Shown in pieces: positions 1-10,602 of a stretch of DNA of 28,948 nt. The translations under genes and the position numbers were made by a program. The notes below the pieces were generated by a model. The model saw nothing but the letters and a program-made list of their open reading frames with translations. It was not told the origin of the DNA and did no database searches. Location: NCBI GenBank assembly GCA_964000875.1, contig CAXFCF010000001.1:1-28948 (forward strand), read 5' to 3'. Positions within the stretch are counted from its first letter, which is position 1, and each line of letters opens with the position of its first letter. Origin of the DNA: an uncultured Candidatus Poseidoniales archaeon. GTDB lineage: Archaea; Thermoplasmatota; Poseidoniia; Poseidoniales; Thalassarchaeaceae.

Positions 1-1329
1 TTGGAGACGACATATGCGCTGTCAGCGCGTTTGGGTATGCCCCAGTCCGACATTCCAGGAATCCATATCGCAGGGAGCAACGGTAAGGGAACCTGCGCGG
101 CCATCATGTCCAACGCCATCTCGATGACTGGAACCACTTGCGGCCTCTTCACTTCACCTCACCTATGCTATGTCGAGGAGAGAATTCGCATCGACGGCGA
201 ACCAATTTCTACCCAGTCATTCGATGAGTGCCTCGCTGAACTTCGTGCTGCTTGTGATCAAGAACCGAAGTTGCAACCGACCTACTTCGAGGCGACTTAC
301 CTCATTGCTCTACTAGCGTTCAGGAAGTACGGGGTACTTCGTGCTGTATATGAGACAGGTCTGGGCGGTCGTCTCGATGCCACTAGAACCGCGGAAGCGG
401 ATCTATGCGTTCTTACCGATCTTGCTCTGGAGCATACCGATGTGCTGGGAGAGACCCTTGAGGAGATTGCCCTAGAGAAAGCGGCGATAGCGAGACAGGG
501 AGCGACCTTCGTTGCAACATGGACCTACGATGAAGCTGCTAGAGATGCGATCAAAGGTTCGGTTCCTCCGCCACAACGCGGATATTGGTGGAGGCCTGAT
601 AGAGAACTCTTGTTCACATGGTTTGAGGATGAAGAGAGTCATCGCCCAATTCCCAATGACCCTGGATTCACAGGTTTCCCCTCATATCACGACAGAGCTG
701 CCAAACTGGCTCAGGCCGCACTGTCGGTTTCTTCTGATCCTCGGCTAATACTAGCGGCCGAGTATGTGCCTATGGCTCGTATCGGCACACAGTGGCCAGG
801 GCGAATGCAATGGTTGGAACACGAAGGTGTACCAGTTCTGTTCGATGCCGCCCACAATCCGAGTGGCATGGCTCAATCGTGCAAGCAGATAATCGATGCG
901 ATGGAGCAGGACGAAGCTCCTACTCCTGGCGTTGTAATCCTCGCTTCTGGACCTCAGACCGACATGATCGGATTCCTCCAGCCCCTAGTTGAATTGATAG
1001 TAACTGGCGAGGTAGGGAAGGTGATTCTGACCGAGTCGAGTTCCTATCGCCGGACACCAATCCGCGCTAATGTACTCGCTGATGAGTTGGCAAGCCATCT
1101 TCCAGAGGTGGAGTTGATTGTTGAGAGGGATTCGTTCACAGCAGCCTACCGCGCTGTGGAGATATCTAATGAGTCCGACCCAGCTTCTTCAGTACTGGTT
1201 CTAGGTTCGATATATCTGGCAGGAGATGTGATGAAAGCTCTCGAACTTGACTCTTGGGCAAGCCTTAGCCTAGTATTTGGTGAGGAAGATTTCGAACTCA
1301 TGGGGGATGTCGAGGAGCCAACTTCGTGA
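1..1329 (+). CDS. folC: Folylpolyglutamate synthase/dihydrofolate synthase (Mur-ligase family); probably 5'-truncated at the window edge
   Basis: P-loop HIAGSNGKGT, FTSPHL, ETGLGGRLDAT and DAAHNP motifs, C-terminal GSIYLAG. The ORF begins at base 1 (TTG), so the true start may lie outside the window. Confidence 0.9.
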   Translation: METTYALSARLGMPQSDIPGIHIAGSNGKGTCAAIMSNAISMTGTTCGLFTSPHLCYVEERIRIDGEPISTQSFDECLAELRAACDQEPKLQPTYFEATYLIALLAFRKYGVLRAVYETGLGGRLDATRTAEADLCVLTDLALEHTDVLGETLEEIALEKAAIARQGATFVATWTYDEAARDAIKGSVPPPQRGYWWRPDRELLFTWFEDEESHRPIPNDPGFTGFPSYHDRAAKLAQAALSVSSDPRLILAAEYVPMARIGTQWPGRMQWLEHEGVPVLFDAAHNPSGMAQSCKQIIDAMEQDEAPTPGVVILASGPQTDMIGFLQPLVELIVTGEVGKVILTESSSYRRTPIRANVLADELASHLPEVELIVERDSFTAAYRAVEISNESDPASSVLVLGSIYLAGDVMKALELDSWASLSLVFGEEDFELMGDVEEPTS

Positions 1330-1383
1330 CAAAGGCTTTGTTGGCTCGGCGCGCACGCAATCACGGGGAAGGGGGAGCGCACT

Positions 1384-1821
1384 GTGAGCAATAAGTGGGA
1401 CAAACGATTCCTTGAACTCGCAGCACACATCGCCACTTGGAGCAAGGATCCATCCACTAAGGTGGGCTGTGTTGTTGTAGGAGACGATCGTGAGATTCGT
1501 TCGACTGGTTTCAATGGCTTTCCCAGGGGCATCGAAGACGATGATGAGAGACTCTCAGATAGGGAGCAGAAGTATCCATTGATTTGTCACGCAGAGGAGA
1601 ACGCAATAATGCACGCGGCACGTACCGGGGTTTCACTCAAGGGTAATTCGGCATATGTTACTTGGCCGCCCTGTTCACGCTGTACCCGTTCATTAATTCA
1701 GGCGGGGGTGTCCGAAGTCGTATACCCCAATGATGTTGAGATTCCCGAGCGATGGGAAGAGGACTTCTCCATTGCTCTCTCAATGTTTCAAGAGGCAGGA
1801 GTCAACATTCGCCAAGCATAA
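1384..1821 (+). CDS. dCMP deaminase (cytidine/deoxycytidylate deaminase family)
   Basis: Zn-binding HAEENA and PCSRC motifs, SKDPSTKVG and STGFNGFPRG. GTG start after a purine-rich SD-like stretch (GGGGAAGGGGGAG). Confidence 0.92.
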   Translation: MSNKWDKRFLELAAHIATWSKDPSTKVGCVVVGDDREIRSTGFNGFPRGIEDDDERLSDREQKYPLICHAEENAIMHAARTGVSLKGNSAYVTWPPCSRCTRSLIQAGVSEVVYPNDVEIPERWEEDFSIALSMFQEAGVNIRQA

Positions 1822-1839
1822 GTTGTGTTGATATCGAAG

Positions 1840-2412
1840 TCACTTGCTGAACTCATCCATCAATGCTTGCAACTGTTGGTGGAGGCTGTCTACATCACCA
1901 TCGTTGATAATCGCCACATCGGCCATCTTAGCGGTTGCAACTAGTGCTTGACCCGCTTCGTCATGTGCAACTAATTCGGATTCCTCTTGAGCCACGAACT
2001 GCTCGTAAGTCTCAGCATCTCCTGTTCTACCACGGGCTAGCAAGCGTTCCCAACGAACTTCTCTCGGGGCGCACACCTCGACGAGCACGAAGTCATCCCG
2101 CTTGCGAAATGCGAGAACCTCTGCGGGAGTTCGGATGCTATCGACTGCGTGGTTCTTCTCATCACCGATGATATCAAGCAACATTTCGGCGAGGATGCCA
2201 GGCCCTCCCATGGCTCTGAGCGTACGCCCCCCCTCAATCAGGTTGTCTCTGGTGATGTCCTTGCCACTTGAGCGAAGCCAATGACGGATGGAATCGGAAC
2301 ACGAACTTGCACCAAAGTCACGTTCGGTAAACCAGTCAATCACAGTGGTCTTGCCAGAGGCGTTTCGACCGGTTAGACCGACGAGCATGAAGGGTCGTTG
2401 TGGCTCAAGCAA
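1840..2412 (-). CDS. P-loop nucleoside-monophosphate/CoaE-like kinase (archaeal COG0237-like)
   Basis: VGLTGRNASGKTT Walker A, DSIRTPAE, lid-like RWERLLARGRTGD and C-terminal ADVAIINDG. TTG start. Confidence 0.8.
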   Translation of the reverse strand: MLEPQRPFMLVGLTGRNASGKTTVIDWFTERDFGASSCSDSIRHWLRSSGKDITRDNLIEGGRTLRAMGGPGILAEMLLDIIGDEKNHAVDSIRTPAEVLAFRKRDDFVLVEVCAPREVRWERLLARGRTGDAETYEQFVAQEESELVAHDEAGQALVATAKMADVAIINDGDVDSLHQQLQALMDEFSK

Positions 2413-2442
2413 ATGAACCCCTCGCGCGGAAACAATACCATA

Positions 2443-5400
2443 TCATCCCCAGAAGCGTCGTGTTCTAGCGTAGTTCAACTCTGCTTCGTGGATAATCCTT
2501 AGCAAAGCATCTAGGTCACCTTTTGGAGTCTTTCTGAGAATTCTAGTGGCAGTGTCTTCTCCTACTCCTCTAGCCATCAGTGCAATCAGAGCTTCACGAC
2601 CTCGCTGTTGCACTAACTGAGCGTTACGTTCCATCCGCGAGCGAGTAGCGGGGTCATCTGATTGAACCCACTCAGCCAGACGCTCTTCCAATCCCTCGCG
2701 TTGGGTTGCGAGCATTCGTCCACCGCACTTGCATCTCTCATGCTTCTCGGAGTAGACCTCCACGCGCGTGCGCGTGCGAGAGCCACATGCGAGGCAAATG
2801 AGGACAGCTCTTTCGTTGAGCAGTCGATCCTTCAGTCGGAAACGCACCTCTTCCTTCGACCAGTTTGGTAATAGGAGATCTCTTTCACTACGAGGCGAGA
2901 GACCCAGCGAACCCGCAGCGGTTGTCTTGATGTCGACCGCCCCTTCTTGGATTGCCCTCAGTAGTTCGGTTGCTCCCTCTACATCCATCCGGTCATGGAA
3001 TAGCATGTCGAGTGCATCATCGAGCACAACTGTGTCACGATAGCGATGGATGATTCCGTTGAGGTTCACCCGTCGCGGGTCGATTCCATGTTGCAGGATG
3101 CCGAAGGTCTTGCACACCTGAACCAGTCTAGCTCTCAATTGGCGTCCGTTAGGTATGGTCATTCGCATGATGTCAGACAAGGCTTCGGGAGGAGTCTCTC
3201 TCAACCAAGTAACCATTGAATCCATTGTCAGTGCAGGGACTTGGAATGTGATTCTGTATGGGTCGACGATGACTCGACCACTCTTCCCGTCAACTGTGGA
3301 AGCCATCGCTTGCACGAAATGTGCTAGTGCCTGGTTCACTCTGCTTCCATGTGTTGAGTTGAGGACTATTGCATCTCGTCTCTTCTCGATGGTCAGAAGT
3401 CTTGGGTGTGGCACTGAGTTGGTGGACTCGATGTGTTCCAACACATTTTGCGTTAGCAGACCTAATGAGGTATCTGATACAGGATAGGAATCAACCTCCC
3501 TCATCGAAGGAAGACTAGCAATCCACGCCTCCACCAGTGGAGAGAACCCTATGTCCTCTTCTTCCATTACGAACCCATGATCGCCGGCAATTGCTAGCCT
3601 CAACCATCCTACTTCCCTTGCCACCTTGGCTGGGACGGGCGGCAATTCCCCCGACCATACAGGCGCTGAACCTTGATCTGATACCGGAGCCACCAGTAGC
3701 TCGCTCTTCTCAGGATCCGCATCGACAATTTCCCATGTTCTGCCTGCCATCACGAAGCGACGCGGTTCACCGTCTTCTTCGGCACCTACAGAATCGAGTG
3801 AGAGTACGAAGGTCTCGTCCACTTTGCCAAGGGAACGGCGAGTGACGACATCACGAACGGAGTAATATGTCTCGTCAGCAATCATGCTCAACCTTCGTTG
3901 CATGTAGTCTCGACTTCTTGAACCTGGGCTGAACCACCCTTCCTTGAGGTGTTGGGGTAATCCTGCGCGCAAGGCACTCGCGTAGATGTCCTTCTCCTTC
4001 TCGGTTAGTTGTGATAATTCCTCGAGTGTCGGTCTTTTTTGAGGTAGATCAGGTTCTCCAGAGCCTATGATTTCCCAAAGTATGGGAGGCCAATTCATTG
4101 GATCCGAATCGTGGTGATTTTCCACCAGACGGATGAGTCGCCTGTCATCGAGGATCCTCAACGCTCCAAGAACAGAGTCGTCATCAATATCCTTGAACAG
4201 ATTGCTTCTACTGAGTATGCTCTTAGCCGCCGCTAAAGGAATGATTCTCTCTGATATTGAAGTTAAGACGAGTTGGTTAGCGGCGACGGTCATAGGTGAG
4301 GTTCTCCACGAAGCTGGCTCCAATTCCCCGTCCCTCGCTCGTCTTGCAATGACTGCAGCTTCGCCGATTTCATCCGCTTCCCAGCAGAGTATCATGCCCC
4401 GCGAGGTACCACCCAGAATGTGTTCTGATCTACCGATGCGTTGTAAAAGTCTGTCAACGGCTCTTGGCGATTGCACTTGGTGCACCTGCTTGATTGAGCC
4501 AACATCTATTCCCAGTTCTAGGCTGGAAGTGCAAACCAGTCCATCCAGTGTACCTGATTGTAAATCAGCCTCCATCTGTTCCCGTGTTTCTCTTGCAAGC
4601 GATCCGTGGTGGACACCGATTCTCAACTTCGGGTCGATCTTCGAGATGCGTTGTGCAACGGTCTCTGCTGCGTTACGTGAGTTGACAAAGATGAGACAGG
4701 GTGCGCTTTCCTCTACTTTCGTCGTTAGTTTTCGTAGAGCGGCTAGGCCTTGAGGTGATACTTGCAGTTCTATCGACATCGCTCTGTCATCAGCGTTGGC
4801 TAGTTCTGTTACGACTTCTACTTCGATTGGTCGAGGCGCAGTAGCGTGGCACGGTTTAGCCGAGTCGGACAACCATGTTGCCATTTCGTCAGGGTTACCT
4901 ACAGTGGCCGAGAGACCGACTCGCTGGATCTTTCTCCCGCATAGTTCGTCGATGCGAGCTAGGGCTACCGAAAGTTGTGCTCCTCGCTCACTCGCAGCGA
5001 GGTCATGTATCTCATCGATGACAACTGCGTGAAGGTTACGCATTCCCTCCCTAAGCCTAGAGCCTTGCAGTAGAAGTTGGCAGGTTTCAGGAGTGGTCAC
5101 AAGGAGATGTGGAGGATTCTTCGCCTGTTTTGTTCTCTGGTACTGTGTTGTATCTCCATGACGTACATCTGATTTCAGTGAGACAGCACCGGCGAGGTCG
5201 TGTATCCTGCGCTCGACATCCCTGTTAAGGGCTCGAAGTGGAGTGACATAGAGAATTCCAATTCCTTCCCACGATTCTGTGATTGCTCGTGATAGAAGTG
5301 GCAGAACCGCTGCTTCAGTCTTGCCACTGCCGGTCGGAGCGAGAACCAGAAGGTCGTCCCCCGCTAGTAGTGGTTCGATGGTGATTTCTTGAATCGGTGT

Positions 5401-5466
5401 GGGTTTCCAGCCTCTTTCTTCCGTGACTGCCTTCAGTTCCGGCGCTAAATGTTCGAAGGCGGACAT
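2443..5466 (-). CDS. lhr: Lhr-family SF2 DEAD/H helicase with C-terminal Zn ribbon
   Basis: APTGSGKT, PLRALNRD, TTPET, DEIH, SAT, HHGSL, TSSLELGID and QRIGRS motifs. C-terminal CLAC...CKCG and terminal RTRRFW. Confidence 0.92.
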   Translation of the reverse strand: MSAFEHLAPELKAVTEERGWKPTPIQEITIEPLLAGDDLLVLAPTGSGKTEAAVLPLLSRAITESWEGIGILYVTPLRALNRDVERRIHDLAGAVSLKSDVRHGDTTQYQRTKQAKNPPHLLVTTPETCQLLLQGSRLREGMRNLHAVVIDEIHDLAASERGAQLSVALARIDELCGRKIQRVGLSATVGNPDEMATWLSDSAKPCHATAPRPIEVEVVTELANADDRAMSIELQVSPQGLAALRKLTTKVEESAPCLIFVNSRNAAETVAQRISKIDPKLRIGVHHGSLARETREQMEADLQSGTLDGLVCTSSLELGIDVGSIKQVHQVQSPRAVDRLLQRIGRSEHILGGTSRGMILCWEADEIGEAAVIARRARDGELEPASWRTSPMTVAANQLVLTSISERIIPLAAAKSILSRSNLFKDIDDDSVLGALRILDDRRLIRLVENHHDSDPMNWPPILWEIIGSGEPDLPQKRPTLEELSQLTEKEKDIYASALRAGLPQHLKEGWFSPGSRSRDYMQRRLSMIADETYYSVRDVVTRRSLGKVDETFVLSLDSVGAEEDGEPRRFVMAGRTWEIVDADPEKSELLVAPVSDQGSAPVWSGELPPVPAKVAREVGWLRLAIAGDHGFVMEEEDIGFSPLVEAWIASLPSMREVDSYPVSDTSLGLLTQNVLEHIESTNSVPHPRLLTIEKRRDAIVLNSTHGSRVNQALAHFVQAMASTVDGKSGRVIVDPYRITFQVPALTMDSMVTWLRETPPEALSDIMRMTIPNGRQLRARLVQVCKTFGILQHGIDPRRVNLNGIIHRYRDTVVLDDALDMLFHDRMDVEGATELLRAIQEGAVDIKTTAAGSLGLSPRSERDLLLPNWSKEEVRFRLKDRLLNERAVLICLACGSRTRTRVEVYSEKHERCKCGGRMLATQREGLEERLAEWVQSDDPATRSRMERNAQLVQQRGREALIALMARGVGEDTATRILRKTPKGDLDALLRIIHEAELNYARTRRFWG

Positions 5467-5529
5467 GCTAGGTTTCCCTCCCTTGAGTTCGCGATGAAGG
5501 GCTAAGAAGATATGTCAAAGTGCGCTAAC

Positions 5530-8500
5530 TCAGTATTCATCCTCGTCATCGTCGTATTCGTCATCATATTCTTCGTCTTCGTATTCGTCCTCGAAAAATG
5601 CATCTTCTTCGTATAACTCTGAACTTCCGGTGAATGCCCCTCTCATGCTGACAAACGCCACTATTGGTAGAATAATCATAGCTAGAATTATTCCAATGAC
5701 TGCGAGCATGTTTTGCCTCGCGTTCTCGACCCAACCAAGTCCGAAAGCATACTCTACGGATACTCCAACACTTGCGCTGTTGTCCATCTCATCAACCTCA
5801 ACTATTTCGTCATTAGAGTCAACGACTACTACAACTCGATCGATTCCCTTCTCCGCCTTCCATTCGGTAGACACTGGAATCGATTCATCTGCTATTCCGT
5901 TGATTTTCTGGGTAGCAAAGGGTTCCTCTGAATCACCGGAGTAGAAGGCGACGCTGAACTCTCGACTGGTTTCTCCACCAAGATTCTGTATCCAAGCCGT
6001 CACGGTGATTTCCTCACCTGTAGCAATTCTCTCCTTGTCAGCCGAGATTTTCTCAATGGTCAGTTGTGCACCTAGTGCTCCGAACTTAATCCACTGTAGT
6101 TCATTGTCGTTATCGAGGTCTACAGGCTCCCTGATAGGGTCACTCTTTGAGTTGCCTTCTGTAGCCAGTGGGTTTCCAGCAGTGTCCCATCCTTCAATCC
6201 AGAATCCCAATTCGTAGTCTTGCAGTGGAGGGTTCATACCGTTGCCAATTAGATCCACAGTTCCACTCCAATTGATTTGGTGTCCCTCTTGCTTCATACC
6301 TAGTAACGATGAGCCAGAGGCAATCTGTCGTTGATTCTCGTCCCGCATCAGCCAGTGTACCCATTGTGGACTGCCAGAAAGATCGGAGTCCTCCGATCCT
6401 ACGAACTCAACGGGGATTTGGGTTAGTTCGGTCTGATTTGATATGTCGATGACATTGATGGGTGCCAATCGCTCCAACACACGAGGAGGTGCGTGGTCGA
6501 CCTCAACCTGTAGAGTAGTAGAGACAGTGTCTCGGGTCATGTCCTCACCACGGCCAGGAATATTCCTGATTCCTGAGAGGAAGGTTCTGGTTTGGCTTGA
6601 AGCCAGTGAGGAAGCCGCTCCGAGTGGAACCTCGATACTGAATCCTCCTTCTTCAGTTAGGCTACCATCCGACCAATACTGTACTCCATCGAAAACTTCC
6701 ACGGTGATTCCAAGATTCCTTGGGGCAGGGACATCGCTGCCTTCGTAGAGTACATGTCCGGACCAGCGTAGGCGGTCATCTGGCACAACTCTACTACCGT
6801 CGAAGACAGGACCAAGCCTTGGTTCTTGTACATCTTCAACGGTGTAGGTGTCTGCAGCGAGCACGAGGTCATTTTCGACCCTGAATGTGTGTTCGGTGAA
6901 GATAATCTTGCGCGGTTCATCGCTACCTAGTTGTGTGAATTCGAGAGCAACATCCGAAAGGTCGGCGTCAGGCCAGTTCCATGAGAATTGGAATGCGAAG
7001 TCAATCATCACCCACGGTAATCCCGTTTCGTTTGTAGTCACAGTAGCGCCGCAGGTTGCATCTTCATCATCGTTGCAAGCGGCCGGGATTACAAGATACT
7101 GGTCATCGGTCCAGAAGGTTTCGTTCTGTCCGCTAAACGAGAGTCGTTGTTGATCCCTCACGGGGTCCGGCCCTTCAAAGTCGAAGATTAGTGAGATATC
7201 ACGGAAGTCAATCAGGCCGTTAGCGTCTACCAGACCCAAAGTCATGTACTGGGTGGTACCAGCAAATGCTCGTTCACCGTCTGAATGTCCGGCCCAGTGT
7301 AGTCCAGTGAATACTGAGTCCATGTCCTTGCGGGTTCTGTAGGTGACGAGATCATACTCAAACCCAGGTCCATCGGTGCGGGTCAAAGCGTTTCCAGCGG
7401 GGTCGGTTCCAGTCACATAGTAAGAGACTCTGGCCATGTTCGGGTTTCTACTATCGTCGATGGTAGCGAAGAACAGTTTGTCGGCATCGGTGCTGAGGTT
7501 AGTCATCGTATGGTTGACATATTCGGAAGCGTCGGCGTAACCGTTTCTGTTAGCGTCGTGATCCGCCTCAATCCAGTAGTGTAGCGTTAGGTGCTCGGGT
7601 GATCCAACATCATCGATGACCCTTATTCGAACCAGTTGATCGTACGCTCCAGCTTCATACGAACCGTCTGCCGGTGCGGCTTCGATGAGATTAGGTGGAG
7701 TGGCATCGACTCGGATTCTCCTTTGCCAACTTGAGTTGGTTGATAGTACCTTGAGAGGGTCTCGTGGGTTATCGATCTGTACTTCGTATAGAACTCCATC
7801 AGGTCGATCGATGCTATCCATGGTTACCGGGACGAAGAATTCACCGAACGGATTTGACCTATCCTTTCCTTGGTTGAAATCACCATCAGCCGTCTTCTTA
7901 ACCACAGCGACATCATAAGTTCCATCAAGTGGTGAGTCGAGGGTTCCATCGTAGAAAACTTGACCTTGGAAGTGCAGGGTTTCACCGGCCTTAACCCACA
8001 TATCGTTCTCCACATCCTCGTGGTGGATAGCACCAGCAGCATCCCTGACCTTGAGCCATCCGAGACCATACGAATGGTTGACTCGGATGCCAGCAGGCCC
8101 AGTAGTCAACTGGAATGGAGTGTGTCCTAGATTATCTGTGCATGACACCCTGAACCCGACATTGTTCTGCTCGGGGAACTTCGATGTGACTCTGAAAGCC
8201 CAGTGTAATTCCATGATTCCGTTACTGACATTTGTCCATGTTGCCGAGGCATCAGGTGTAATCCAATCCTCTGGATCATCATCTGTCAGTGTACCATCTG
8301 AGCTCCAAGTCATGCTAGGAGAGTCTCCATTTGGTGTAGCGATGAAATCTAATTGAGCGGAACTTATCTCATTAGCCCCTTCACCAATTACATGGCGTGT
8401 AACAACCTCAAAGGTATCCAATTTCTCGTGTAGAACCATCTCTTCGTCCCAAGTAATGTTGAGGTTGACAGTCTGCATAGTGTAAGTGATTGAGAAATAA

Positions 8501-10602
8501 TCAATGCTTACTGTACCCTTTGAGGCGCTCTTTACATTAATTGGAATGAGTTTGATTCCGATTCCTTCACCTGGAATAGCGACATTTAGAGCCTGTACGA
8601 GATTTCCTCCGCTTGCGGTCGTGGTTCCCAGCAGTGTGTCTTGATAGGTCCAAGCAGTGGTACGATTTCCATCCTCTCCTATTTCCAACTCGATGTTGCG
8701 AGGAGCATCTGTAAATACTGAGAGATTGAAGTCGTCAAGGATTGGCGTGTAGGAGTTACCAGTACCCCCTGCGTTCATCTTAATGCAGAAAGTTAGGTAT
8801 CCAGTGTATGTTCCAGGGAAAGTAACGGTTTGTCCTTGGGTATTAATCACCGTAGTAGAGGATGCGCAGTTAGAGGTGTAGCCGTTGAACCAGGAAATGG
8901 TCATCGATGAACCTCCGTTTACTGTAGCGTTCCACCAAAGTTTAGCAGCAACAGGAGCTGTATTGGTTCCAGAGTAGTAATTGTACATCCGCATGTATCC
9001 TGATTGTTGGTAAGAACCAGCGTAGGAGAGAACGATGGTGTCAAGGATAGGAGCTTCGGCAGAGGTACCATTGAGATAGGCTCGCCATCCAAGCTGGGTT
9101 CCGGTATTGGAGAAAATTACGCTTGAACCAACATTGGCTGACTTCCAAGTTTGCCCACCATCATTGGTAACTTGGTAGTCAATCGAGGTATTGGTCGGCT
9201 TCCATGAGATGGCAGAAGAGAGTATGACCTCGTCCGTCGCTCGAGTAGCGGTAGCAGAAGATGAAGTCACGATGCTGTTCTGAACAGTCGGCGTGTCTAT
9301 GTTGAAGGCTGTGGAACGCCCATTGGTGTAGATTTTCCAAGTGTTTCCAGATGGGCAGTATGTGTTGAAGAAGCAGGTGAATCCGATCTCACCATCTCCT
9401 ATGGGCTCAATTCCATAGTGAGCCTTGTTGGGAAACAGTATGTCGCCTTGGTGCTCTGGCCACGCGCCGCTCTTCAGGAAGATGGCATGCCAACTCCTTG
9501 CTTTGCAGTTAGTGCTCGTGGCGTAGGTGCAGTATATGTTCACGGTCACTCTGTCACCAGCGACATCTAGACCCGATGGTTGACCACTGCCAGATCTATA
9601 TGAGGTTAGGAACCAGTTCGACAGCGCTTGTGTTGGGTTAGAGCGGTTTACATTCCAGAGGTAATAGTCGTAGTTACCGCTGTTGTACCGGCTAACTACG
9701 AGGTACATCTCGTTGTCAACAGGATCAAAGGATACGCCGCCAACATTGTGACTGGAGACATACCAACTTTGCTGGCAACTTAGTGTGGAGTTGTTGATTG
9801 TCCACTTAGAGAGATAGTTGTAGTTCCATGTAGCCATCCAGATGGTGGTGTTTGAACCACTGGTATCTGCGGTGATATCAGAGAGATAGCGCGTTGATGA
9901 GGTGGTGCAACTGTTGTAAGTTAAGCTCGTAATTCCAATTGTTGCACCGGTCGATGCGTTGTAGCGATAGATGGTCGGTGCGTTGTATACGCTGCTGGTA
10001 CTCCATTGAGCAACATACATCGTAGATCCTGCGGTTGTAAATGGTCCGGGGTAATTCCACGAACCTTGGCTGCTCAGGGTGGTGAATCCAGTTTTGCTTG
10101 AACCTATCATGTCCGAATCAGCGTTACCAACGAATTGCCCAGTAGTGTTCAAACTCGCCCCGCCGAGTGAAGATACATCGCTCGAACGTCCTAGCCCCCA
10201 ACTCGCTTCGCTCATTCTGGTTCTGAGGTGTGCTTGGTTGTTCGATACATCAATTGAGGTTCTATACTCGCTGCTAAAGTATGGAATGTTCATTGAACCG
10301 TCCGTAGTGGCTGGACCCCCGAAATCCTGGTTTGTGGAAGCGTTGGCCCAAGCAATTCCACTGGCAGATGGAGACCCGGTTACGGTGAATGATGCAGAGG
10401 TTACCTCAGCGCCGTAAGGGATGTTGACTCCAGATGTAGCGGTAGTCCCTTGCGCATTGAATGAGGTTGTGAATTCCGTGTTGCCGTCAGCGAATTGAGT
10501 CTCGGTAGTAGCCGCTAGAGCAAATGGTGTGAGACTTGCGAGAGCCATCACAAAGACCAGCATGAAGGAGGTGATTTTTGAGTTCTTTCTGGCTCTATAC
10601 AT
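5530..10602 (-). CDS. Giant secreted, C-terminally membrane-anchored surface protein (~1690 aa) with CARDB domain
   Basis: Start moved to ATG 10602 because MYRARKNSKITSFMLVFVMALASLTPFALA is a signal peptide and the ORF-track start overlaps the divergent gene. Beta-rich body, CARDB-like GEEITVTAWIQNLG...VDSNDEIVEVDEMDN, one TM helix and an acidic tail. Confidence 0.85.
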   Translation of the reverse strand: MYRARKNSKITSFMLVFVMALASLTPFALAATTETQFADGNTEFTTSFNAQGTTATSGVNIPYGAEVTSASFTVTGSPSASGIAWANASTNQDFGGPATTDGSMNIPYFSSEYRTSIDVSNNQAHLRTRMSEASWGLGRSSDVSSLGGASLNTTGQFVGNADSDMIGSSKTGFTTLSSQGSWNYPGPFTTAGSTMYVAQWSTSSVYNAPTIYRYNASTGATIGITSLTYNSCTTSSTRYLSDITADTSGSNTTIWMATWNYNYLSKWTINNSTLSCQQSWYVSSHNVGGVSFDPVDNEMYLVVSRYNSGNYDYYLWNVNRSNPTQALSNWFLTSYRSGSGQPSGLDVAGDRVTVNIYCTYATSTNCKARSWHAIFLKSGAWPEHQGDILFPNKAHYGIEPIGDGEIGFTCFFNTYCPSGNTWKIYTNGRSTAFNIDTPTVQNSIVTSSSATATRATDEVILSSAISWKPTNTSIDYQVTNDGGQTWKSANVGSSVIFSNTGTQLGWRAYLNGTSAEAPILDTIVLSYAGSYQQSGYMRMYNYYSGTNTAPVAAKLWWNATVNGGSSMTISWFNGYTSNCASSTTVINTQGQTVTFPGTYTGYLTFCIKMNAGGTGNSYTPILDDFNLSVFTDAPRNIELEIGEDGNRTTAWTYQDTLLGTTTASGGNLVQALNVAIPGEGIGIKLIPINVKSASKGTVSIDYFSITYTMQTVNLNITWDEEMVLHEKLDTFEVVTRHVIGEGANEISSAQLDFIATPNGDSPSMTWSSDGTLTDDDPEDWITPDASATWTNVSNGIMELHWAFRVTSKFPEQNNVGFRVSCTDNLGHTPFQLTTGPAGIRVNHSYGLGWLKVRDAAGAIHHEDVENDMWVKAGETLHFQGQVFYDGTLDSPLDGTYDVAVVKKTADGDFNQGKDRSNPFGEFFVPVTMDSIDRPDGVLYEVQIDNPRDPLKVLSTNSSWQRRIRVDATPPNLIEAAPADGSYEAGAYDQLVRIRVIDDVGSPEHLTLHYWIEADHDANRNGYADASEYVNHTMTNLSTDADKLFFATIDDSRNPNMARVSYYVTGTDPAGNALTRTDGPGFEYDLVTYRTRKDMDSVFTGLHWAGHSDGERAFAGTTQYMTLGLVDANGLIDFRDISLIFDFEGPDPVRDQQRLSFSGQNETFWTDDQYLVIPAACNDDEDATCGATVTTNETGLPWVMIDFAFQFSWNWPDADLSDVALEFTQLGSDEPRKIIFTEHTFRVENDLVLAADTYTVEDVQEPRLGPVFDGSRVVPDDRLRWSGHVLYEGSDVPAPRNLGITVEVFDGVQYWSDGSLTEEGGFSIEVPLGAASSLASSQTRTFLSGIRNIPGRGEDMTRDTVSTTLQVEVDHAPPRVLERLAPINVIDISNQTELTQIPVEFVGSEDSDLSGSPQWVHWLMRDENQRQIASGSSLLGMKQEGHQINWSGTVDLIGNGMNPPLQDYELGFWIEGWDTAGNPLATEGNSKSDPIREPVDLDNDNELQWIKFGALGAQLTIEKISADKERIATGEEITVTAWIQNLGGETSREFSVAFYSGDSEEPFATQKINGIADESIPVSTEWKAEKGIDRVVVVVDSNDEIVEVDEMDNSASVGVSVEYAFGLGWVENARQNMLAVIGIILAMIILPIVAFVSMRGAFTGSSELYEEDAFFEDEYEDEEYDDEYDDDEDEY
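5533..5610 (-). repeat. Low-complexity acidic/Tyr repeat encoding the surface-protein tail (EDEYEDEEYDDEYDDDEDEY)
   Basis: Imperfect TCG/TCA/TAT trinucleotide runs on the + strand, directly visible. Confidence 0.7.

Noticed and set aside
4133-4753. 206-aa plus-strand ORF
   Set aside because: Antisense shadow of the Lhr helicase, Ser-rich, with no motifs.
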